DNA of 24,000 nt from Neisseriales bacterium (GCA_008017155.1 SSGX01000003.1:1-24000); one strand, 5' to 3'. Shown: positions 16,265 through 21,875, counted from the stretch's first letter. Notes: generated by a model not told the origin, from the sequence alone. Translations and numbers: made by a program.

Positions 16265-16628
16265 CATATTTATTTTCGCATAACAAGCGTAATCCTGCAT
16301 TTAATCGATTGAAACATAGCATTAATCAACTATCAAGGGTAAAGTGCACAAAGCCAAAAAATACGGCTTGGCAGATATTCAAGAAAAATAGCCAGATTTT
16401 TAGATCTGGCTATTTTTGTGCCTGCGCTAAAAAACTTTTTAATGATTTTTACCCAAAGGGAACCCAAAAATCAAAAAACTTTTTTATATTTTTTGTCTTT
16501 GCCCTTGATTGTTGCAACCATCCAAGTATCTCTAATGTCCTGCTATCGCCGGACATAAGAGCTACTAAGAGGTTAATTGCTATGTTGTCAATACGGCATG
16601 CAGGATTAGCTCTGCGAAAAAAAATATA
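16265..16628. promoter_or_regulatory. Long imperfect inverted repeat; candidate Frpo/ssi-like single-strand DNA promoter
   Basis: Hand-aligned complementary blocks:
- ttttcgca 16273-16280 with tgcgaaaa 16613-16620
- taatcctgcat 16290-16300 with atgcaggatta 16598-16608
- cgattgaaacatagcattaa 16306-16325 with ttaattgctatgttgtcaatacg 16573-16595
- caactatcaaggg 16327-16339 with cccttgattgttg 16502-16514

There is a perfect 14-bp sub-hairpin in the interior, nearer the left arm (16384-16397 with 16404-16417). Confidence 0.35.
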
Positions 16629-16821
16629 GTGGGAGGTTTTAATGCCGCTGGCAGTAAGGGGATTATCCCCTTAACCCAAATAGTGGGACTATCTGCACTC
16701 CCTTCGTTCGTAAAGTAAGAGTTCTTTAACAAGTTGGATTATTTAGGTGAATACGCGAGATTAACCGGGGGCGTACCGACTTGGATTATTATTTAAAAAT
16801 GCTTTTATGAAAGGTTTAATA

Positions 16822-16980
16822 ATGAAAGCAAAAGATATAGCCTTAACAGTTGCTTTAGCTGCAATGGGCTTTAGTGTTTTAGGGGCTTTCTTTGATGTTG
16901 TATCAGCAAAGGAAGCAGTTTTGGTGTTAGCGGCAGTTGGGCTACCGCTAACGGTACTTAACAAACTACACTTGATTTAA
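16822..16980 (+). CDS. Small hydrophobic protein (52 aa), not in the supplied ORF track
   Basis: My own translation is MKAKDIALTVALAAMGFSVLGAFFDVVSAKEAVLVLAAVGLPLTVLNKLHLI*. The RBS-like 'aaagg' lies 7 nt upstream. A strong hairpin terminator follows. Confidence 0.35.
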   Translation: MKAKDIALTVALAAMGFSVLGAFFDVVSAKEAVLVLAAVGLPLTVLNKLHLI

Positions 16981-16987
16981 TGTAGTA

Positions 16988-17017
16988 GCAGTGCTAATTG
17001 TAGCACTGCCTTATTTT
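16988..17017 (+). terminator. Hairpin plus T-rich tail (terminator or attenuator) between the small ORF and the J-domain gene
   Basis: Stem gcagtgcta (16988-16996) pairs with tagcactgc (17001-17009) around loop attg, followed by cttatttt. Confidence 0.5.
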
Positions 17018-17031
17018 AAAAGGCAAACATA

Positions 17032-17550
17032 ATGGAAAATAATAAATTACAAAATGCAATCGCGGTTTTTGAATTACAAAATGGGCAATATTGTTTAGAT
17101 GATGTTAAGGCTATTTATCGTAAATTAGCTAGTGCTAATCATCCTGATAAAGGCGGAAATACTGAAACAATGCAGATAATTAACACTGCATTTGCTGAAT
17201 TATGCAAGTTCTTTGAATCTGGCAATGCCACCTTAGATATTAACGAAGATGGCAACGAAGAAGCCAAGCAGTTTAATTTTAGCTTCATTAGTGAGCTAAA
17301 AACTATGCACGGTGTAAAAATTGAAGTTTGCGGTTATTGGGTATGGTTGACTGGTGATACTTATTCACACCACGAAAAAATCAAGGCTTTAGGGTTTAAA
17401 TTCTCAGGGGCTAAAAAAGCGTGGTACTGGTCGCCAACAATAAACCAGTCAACTTATCGCCGAGGTAGTAAATCGTTGAAAAATATCCGCAAGGAATACG
17501 GCAGCCGGATAATCGAAACCGAGGGGCAAAAAGCGCTAACAGCGCATTAA
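17032..17550 (+). CDS. J-domain (DnaJ N-terminal domain) protein with an uncharacterised Trp-rich C-terminal domain
   Basis: 'LDDVKAIYRKLASANHPDKGGNTETMQIINTAFAEL' has helix II, the HPD tripeptide and helix III of a J domain. The C-terminal 'VCGYWVWLTGDTYSHHEKIKALGFKFSGAKKAWYW' is not a DnaJ Zn-finger or CTD. Confidence 0.75.
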   Translation: MENNKLQNAIAVFELQNGQYCLDDVKAIYRKLASANHPDKGGNTETMQIINTAFAELCKFFESGNATLDINEDGNEEAKQFNFSFISELKTMHGVKIEVCGYWVWLTGDTYSHHEKIKALGFKFSGAKKAWYWSPTINQSTYRRGSKSLKNIRKEYGSRIIETEGQKALTAH

Positions 17551-17554
17551 TAAC

Positions 17555-17580
17555 AGCGGGCAATTGCCCGCTAATTTTTA
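17555..17580 (+). terminator. Hairpin plus T-tail after the J-domain gene
   Basis: The 18-nt palindrome agcgggcaattgcccgct (17555-17572) is followed by aattttta. Confidence 0.5.
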
Positions 17581-17606
17581 TTACAAATCATTTAAGGCAG
17601 TAAAAA

Positions 17607-19205
17607 ATGCAAACAAATAAAATAGTTGAAACACTCAAGCAGGAAAATATGGATTTTGAATTTTATCCGACCACGGACGAAATAATAAACGCCATCCGGC
17701 AAAATATGCCGGAATATGGCGGATCTATACTCGATATTGGGGCAGGTAATGGCGTTACCTTGCAAAAACTTACTAGCGGGAAACATTCAGACCGCTGGAC
17801 ACGTTACGCAATCGAAAAAAATCCCATGCTCAAAAGTTTAATTAGCACCGATACTTTAGTAATCGGCGCGGATTTTATGGAAAACACCCTGTTTGATAAA
17901 AAACTGGACGTGATTTTTTGTAATCCCCCATACTCGGATTATTCGGATTGGTGCTTTAAGATTATAGCCGAGGCTAACGCCAAGCATATTTTTTTGGTAA
18001 TACCTGAACGATGGGCAAACGTGCAGAAATTGCAGGACATCATCAAGCAGCGGGGCTATACTGTTAGCTCTCTTGGTTGTTTTGATTTTCTTAATGCCGA
18101 ACGGGCAGCACGTTGCAAAGTTGAAGTAATCTACCTCAAGGCAGACCAAGATTATAAAATGAAAGATTTTTTTGATGTTGAGTTAGAAAAATTCTTCAAA
18201 TTTAATGAGCCGGAATATGAGCATAGTTTCACATTTAAGGAGAAGATGGACGAGAAAAAACAGGCGTTTACCGAGTCAATCAATAATCGCAAGCTGGTTT
18301 GCGGTGGTGATTACGTGCAAGCGATTACCGCACTATATCACGAGGAAGAGCAGCGGATTTATGCCACACTGCGCGGGCTTAGCGAGATAGACAGCTCACT
18401 GCTTGAAGCACTTAATATCGAACTAGGCAAAATTAAAACCTTTATTAAGGACAAATTGCGCGGGCTTGGTTCTAAGTATTGGCGCGAAGTAATTACCAAG
18501 ATGCAGCCAATCGCTAAACGCTTGACTGAGCGCAATCAAAAAGCGCTGTTTAATGCGGTATCTGATGCAAATATGAGCTTTAATGCTGCAAATATCTATA
18601 ACGTCGTAGAGTGGGCTATTAAAACAGCTACGCAGGTAATCGAGCAGCAAACGCTTGATGTTTACGAGGAACTAATCAGCGAGGCTAATTGTACTAAGTA
18701 CCAATCCAACAAAACTATTTTTGTGGGTAATAATTTTGAAACTAAGACCCCCAGCAAATTAAATTTGCGCCTTGTCCTCGAACGCCACGGCGGGATTAAT
18801 TCCGACCGCTGGCAGAGTTCATATTATCCCAAAAATTTAAGCGAGCGCGGGCATATAATGCTGGCAGATTTATTTGTTATCGCTAATAATTTTGGGTTTG
18901 AAATTGATAGCCGAGAAAGTTATTCTCGACATTGGCAATCAGGCGTAAAGCAAGAATTTCTAGCAACTCGCAACGGTGAGAAAGTCACATTAATGACCGT
19001 TAGGGCTTTTTATAATGGTAACTTGCATATTAAATTAAACAAAGAATTTAATCACAAGTTGAACGTAATCAAAGGCAAATATGAGGGCTGGATTCACTCG
19101 GTTGATGATGTTGTAAACGAGTTTGAGGTTAGCGAGATCGAAGCCAAGCAACTATTTGAAGAATTGCCAAAATTGATGGTAAATATTGCTGGGTTATTAA
19201 ACTAA
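17607..19205 (+). CDS. Orphan N6-adenine DNA methyltransferase (N-terminal MTase domain plus a roughly 330-aa C-terminal extension)
   Basis: Motif I is 'ILDIGAGNGV' and motif IV is 'FCNPPYSDY' (NPPY), in the order I then IV. No restriction endonuclease, specificity subunit or helicase gene is adjacent. The C-terminal extension reminds me of DUF4942-type leading-region methylases, but I have not verified this. Confidence 0.8.
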   Translation: MQTNKIVETLKQENMDFEFYPTTDEIINAIRQNMPEYGGSILDIGAGNGVTLQKLTSGKHSDRWTRYAIEKNPMLKSLISTDTLVIGADFMENTLFDKKLDVIFCNPPYSDYSDWCFKIIAEANAKHIFLVIPERWANVQKLQDIIKQRGYTVSSLGCFDFLNAERAARCKVEVIYLKADQDYKMKDFFDVELEKFFKFNEPEYEHSFTFKEKMDEKKQAFTESINNRKLVCGGDYVQAITALYHEEEQRIYATLRGLSEIDSSLLEALNIELGKIKTFIKDKLRGLGSKYWREVITKMQPIAKRLTERNQKALFNAVSDANMSFNAANIYNVVEWAIKTATQVIEQQTLDVYEELISEANCTKYQSNKTIFVGNNFETKTPSKLNLRLVLERHGGINSDRWQSSYYPKNLSERGHIMLADLFVIANNFGFEIDSRESYSRHWQSGVKQEFLATRNGEKVTLMTVRAFYNGNLHIKLNKEFNHKLNVIKGKYEGWIHSVDDVVNEFEVSEIEAKQLFEELPKLMVNIAGLLN

Positions 19206-19207
19206 AC

Positions 19208-19242
19208 AAAAGCATAGCGGGCAAAATGCCCGCTATGCTTTT
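19208..19242 (+). terminator. Strong intrinsic terminator after the methyltransferase gene
   Basis: 'aaaagcatagcgggca aaa tgcccgctatgctttt' forms a perfect stem of at least 12 bp with a T-run. Confidence 0.8.
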
Positions 19243-19325
19243 CAGCTAACAGTGGCTAATAAAATACAATCATAAGTAATGGCAAGTATAAATTTCATAA
19301 ATGGGATGGAAACCCGATTAGAAGC

Positions 19326-19394
19326 CTACTTTGTCAATAAATCCTAGCGGGGTGTGGGGGCGGCGATGAGCCCCCACGGGGTAAAGTAAGGTTA
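19326..19394 (+). repeat. Repeat copy B (partner of 15756-15825)
   Basis: 'ctactttgtcaataaatcctagcggggtgtgggggcggcgatgagcccccacggggtaaagtaaggtta'. The hairpin is gtgggggc (19354-19361) paired with gcccccac (19370-19377), with the same loop ggcgatga. Confidence 0.8.
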
Positions 19395-19412
19395 ATACTA
19401 TTAGATTTGATT

Positions 19413-19442
19413 TTGCAATTAGATCTATAATTGCAGTATAAT
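19413..19442 (+). promoter_or_regulatory. Sigma70-like promoter with an embedded palindromic operator, upstream of the DUF29 gene
   Basis: TTGCAA (19413-19418), an 18-nt spacer, then TATAAT (19437-19442). The spacer carries the inverted repeat tgcaatta / taattgca around gatcta. Confidence 0.45.
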
Positions 19443-19483
19443 ATTATGATTGAATTATTTTAAAAATTTTAAGGAATAGGGTA

Positions 19484-19921
19484 ATGAGTACTCTAAGTTT
19501 GTACGAAAAAGACTTTTATGCTTGGACTCAGGAACAGGCTAATTTTCTTAAACAAAAAGATTTTGATAAATTAGATTTATTGCATTTAATGGATGAGGTT
19601 GAAAGTATGGGTAATCAGAATAAAACTGAATTAAAGAATCGTTTAGCTGTATTACTAATGCATTTGTTAAAATGGAAATTTCAACCAGAGTTAAAAAGTA
19701 ATAGTTGGTACTTAACTATTGCTAATCAAAGATTAGATATTGCGGATTTAATTGATGACAATCCTAGTTTAAAACATTTTTTACCGGAATTATTTGATAA
19801 AGCTTATGCTAAAGCTGTAACAAAGGCAAACATTGAAACTGGAATTAAAAAATCTGCTTTTCCCGATAAATGTGAATGGTCGATTGAACAAGTTTTAAAT
19901 GAAGAGTTTTTTCCTAATTAA
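19484..19921 (+). CDS. DUF29-family protein
   Basis: 'LYEKDFYAWTQEQANFLKQKDFDKLDLLHLMDEVESMGNQNKTELKNRLAVLLMHLLKW' matches the DUF29 N-terminal signature (LYE.DF..W...QA..L.....LD...L.EE.E.mG......L.s.L..LL.HLLKW). Confidence 0.75.
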   Translation: MSTLSLYEKDFYAWTQEQANFLKQKDFDKLDLLHLMDEVESMGNQNKTELKNRLAVLLMHLLKWKFQPELKSNSWYLTIANQRLDIADLIDDNPSLKHFLPELFDKAYAKAVTKANIETGIKKSAFPDKCEWSIEQVLNEEFFPN

Positions 19922-19937
19922 ATCGTTGTCTCCATAG

Positions 19938-19968
19938 AAAAACCTACAATATTTATTGTAGGTTTTTT
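19938..19968 (+). terminator. Intrinsic terminator after the DUF29 gene
   Basis: Stem aacctacaat (19941-19950) pairs with attgtaggtt (19955-19964) and is followed by a T-run. Confidence 0.8.
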
Positions 19969-20014
19969 CATTTCAAAGTATCCTTTCTTATTTACATTTC
20001 AAGTTATTTATCAA

Positions 20015-20039
20015 ATCTGCCAAACGGGCAGATTTTTTT
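20015..20039 (+). terminator. Second terminator-like hairpin, a copy of 7450-7473
   Basis: 'atctgccaaacgggcagattttttt' is identical in stem and loop to 7450-7468. Confidence 0.6.
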
Positions 20040-20106
20040 GTTTCATTATTTGATATGATACGCATATCATAAAACTAATAATTAATATACTTATGTAGGA
20101 CTTGAA

Positions 20107-20559
20107 ATGTTTAAACCAATTTTTATTGTAAGTACTTCAGTATTCTTTTCTTTACATTCTTATGCTGATACAGCTGAATTAAATAAAATACCTAGTGGTA
20201 CTTATGTTAAAGCTGAATTATTAACTAATATAGTTACAACTGGAAATGAAAGTAACCTAATTCCTGTTAAATTAAAAATAACTGGTCAAATGTACGCACC
20301 AAATCAGTATACATTAAATTTAGGTGATTGTATAGTATCTGGAAATGCAAGACATGATTTTTCTTCTGCAAGAATAATGATTGCACCTTATGAAGTGTCT
20401 TGTACCAAAAATAATAATCATCAGGTATTAAAGGTGTCAGGTTGGATTGTGGGCAATGATAATAAGGCTGGTATACGAAGTAATTTAGATAAGAGTAACT
20501 CAGAATCATGGCGTTTAATACCAGACAATAATAATGTAACTGTTGTATTCAGTTATTAA
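20107..20559 (+). CDS. Stand-alone secreted protein resembling the C-terminal domain of F-type TraB (VirB10 family)
   Basis: Signal peptide 'MFKPIFIVSTSVFFSLHSYA'. 'IPSGTYVKAELLTNIV...LNLGDCIVSGNARHDFSSARIMIAPYEVSC...VSGWIVGNDNKAGIRS' follows the TraB/VirB10 C-terminal pattern as I recall it (lPaGs...a.Ll.gv...l.GC.v.Ge..gdlS.eRa.ir...lSC...v.GyvvdeDGkaGl.G). It is only 150 aa. Confidence 0.5.
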   Translation: MFKPIFIVSTSVFFSLHSYADTAELNKIPSGTYVKAELLTNIVTTGNESNLIPVKLKITGQMYAPNQYTLNLGDCIVSGNARHDFSSARIMIAPYEVSCTKNNNHQVLKVSGWIVGNDNKAGIRSNLDKSNSESWRLIPDNNNVTVVFSY

Positions 20560-20567
20560 ATATTTGT

Positions 20568-20624
20568 CATGGAGCTATTCCCGGTGGATAAATCCACCGC
20601 CAGCCCTACGCCTTTAGCTCCATG
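20568..20624 (+). repeat. Hairpin element 'Z' sharing the ATTCCCG(G)TGGATAA motif with element Y
   Basis: The outer stem catggagct (20568-20576) pairs with agctccatg (20616-20624). It encloses the inner hairpin ggtggat-aa-atccacc. Confidence 0.5.
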
Positions 20625-20750
20625 AAATTAATTCTCCGCTTCTTTATTGGAAGCGGTTCATAATAATTTTATGCTTAAAGTGGGCTTGGAGATCGCCCTT
20701 CTGGAAAAATTTACACACAACATTTTTCAGAATAAGTCATTAGTAAACTG

Positions 20751-20843
20751 TGGAAATTCCCGTGGATAACCCCCCTCAGAACTTGCCAAACTGTATGAGG
20801 CCTCAGAGGGGGGTTAGCCCACCGGTTTACCACAACTTACTAA
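20751..20843 (+). repeat. Structured GC-rich element 'Y' (long hairpin), related to 10681-10803
   Basis: A perfect 11-bp stem joins taacccccctc (20769-20779) and gaggggggtta (20808-20818). It is extended by gtggaaattcccgtgg paired with cccaccggtttaccac. Its flanks are shared with element X. Confidence 0.55.
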
Positions 20844-21039
20844 CAACTTATTTCCGAAAGTTATGCATAAATTTATCCTACCCACCTTGCTATTTTAAAC
20901 AGAAAGAAAAATAATCTGCTTTCTTGTTAGCATGTTTATTAGTTGTTTTGTATTTTTAAAAAATCCAAAACTCATATAACTATAACAAGATTAGATCTGA
21001 TTTTATTTTTCTCTCTGTTTGGTTTCACACCGACCTACC

Positions 21040-21165
21040 TGAAGGTAGTAGCTGGTTCAGGCTAATCGCCTGATGTATTTTATTATAGTTATATGGCTAT
21101 ATATAGCCATATTAAACAAAACAGATGGTTATGAGTTACATTATATGCCATATATGCCATATGAA
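21040..21165 (+). other. Candidate oriT and relaxosome-protein binding region
   Basis: - Hairpin tcaggc-taatc-gcctga (about 21056-21072).
- T-rich 'tgtattttattatag'.
- Perfect 22-bp palindrome atatggctatatatagccatat (21091-21112).
- Tandem atatgccat x2 (21143-21160).

The region lies immediately upstream of the RHH, T4CP and MOBF relaxase genes. Confidence 0.4.
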
Positions 21166-21181
21166 TTTAAATGGGGTATTA

Positions 21182-21577
21182 ATGAATATTGTAAGATTTT
21201 ATGCTACTGAAGATCAGATTGATTATCTAAAAACTGTATCTAATAAATCTCAGTTTATTAGGGATGCAATTGATGAGAAACTAGCTAAAATAAAACCTGA
21301 ATTGGATAACGAAATAGGAATTTTAAAAAACCTTAAAGATTTTAATCCAAAGCAATTTCAAAGTATTTTATTAGATAATGAACTAATGAACCAAACACTT
21401 TATGAGGAGATTAAAAAGCAGAATGAAATTTTAAAATTAATATTGCGTAGAGCTACTATGTCATCAGTATTCGGGTATTCAATTCTTGAGAATTTAACTA
21501 ATGAAGTTAATAGTGATAAGAATCAGCAAAATGCATTAAATATCATCAAAGATGATTTTGACAATTTGAAATTATAA
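21182..21577 (+). CDS. Ribbon-helix-helix (CopG/TraY/TrwA-like) DNA-binding protein, probable relaxosome accessory factor
   Basis: From the ATG at 21182, 'MNIVRFYATEDQIDYLKTVSNKSQFIRDAIDEKL' has a beta-strand, helix, helix layout typical of RHH proteins. The upstream in-frame stretch of the track ORF (21125-21181) is made of the GCCATAT repeats and is unlikely to be coding. Confidence 0.55.
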   Translation: MNIVRFYATEDQIDYLKTVSNKSQFIRDAIDEKLAKIKPELDNEIGILKNLKDFNPKQFQSILLDNELMNQTLYEEIKKQNEILKLILRRATMSSVFGYSILENLTNEVNSDKNQQNALNIIKDDFDNLKL

Positions 21578-21596
21578 CTATCAAAGGAAATAAGTA

Positions 21597-21875
21597 ATGA
21601 GTAAAAAAATATTAATTAAAAAGCAAATGAATGACCTTAAAAATAAGTTGTCAGAATTGAATAAGCAATTAAAGCGTGAGGAGGATGCTGAAAGAATGAA
21701 AGTTGGTGAAATCGTAATTGCTATGTACAAATCTGGAAATCTAAATTTAGTTTCGTTAGAGGCTGAGTTGAAGAAAATTATTGGTATGGAGGAGGAAGCT
21801 GAGGAAAAACTTGATGAGAGATTATCAAATCGTGAGGATAGTCAGATTCGCTCAATTTCAAATGAGGACAGATAA
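21597..21875 (+). CDS. Small charged coiled-coil protein (possible TraM-like T4CP/relaxosome adaptor)
   Basis: 92 aa, rich in Lys and Glu. The RBS 'aaaggaaa' lies upstream. Its stop overlaps the traD start (taATG). The function is inferred from position only. Confidence 0.4.
   Translation: MSKKILIKKQMNDLKNKLSELNKQLKREEDAERMKVGEIVIAMYKSGNLNLVSLEAELKKIIGMEEEAEEKLDERLSNREDSQIRSISNEDR

Noticed and set aside
16309-16629. 106-aa + strand track ORF in the 15.6-17.0 kb spacer
   Set aside because: It lies entirely within the two arms and interior of the long inverted repeat. It has a TTG-type start, no RBS and a low-complexity Lys/Phe-rich composition. The open frame is better explained by the structured DNA.
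16761-16964. 67-aa - strand ORF
   Set aside because: It is antisense to the 52-aa hydrophobic + strand ORF. Its Ala/Thr/Lys-rich sequence is the mirror image of an Ala/Leu-rich sense frame. It has no RBS and would be the only - strand gene in the window.
17592-18650. ORFs 17592-17786-, 17856-18149-, 18205-18390+ and 18423-18650-
   Set aside because: All overlap the methyltransferase gene, whose frame is fixed by motif I and NPPY.
20267-20509. 80-aa - strand ORF
   Set aside because: It is antisense to the TraB-domain protein gene.
20583-20771. Two DnaA-box-like 9-mers: ggtggataa at 20583-20591 and cgtggataa at 20763-20771, whose reverse complements are TTATCCACC and TTATCCACG
   Set aside because: Each differs from TTATCCACA at one position. 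Both are embedded in the stems of the Z and Y hairpin elements. No iterons or AT-rich unwinding element accompany them, and the RepA-like gene is about 20 kb away. I treat them as part of the repeat family, not as an oriV.
16399-21000. Recurrent TTAGATCT / AGATCT in non-coding DNA (about 16400, 19420 and 20991)
   Set aside because: AGATCT also occurs several times inside coding regions. An 8-mer of this composition is expected about once or twice by chance in 24 kb. This is not enough to call it a motif.
21125-21181. 5' extension of the RHH gene in the track ORF ('MVMSYIICHICHMNLNGVL')
   Set aside because: These codons are simply the GCCATAT direct repeats read in frame. The RHH beta-strand starts right after the ATG at 21182.
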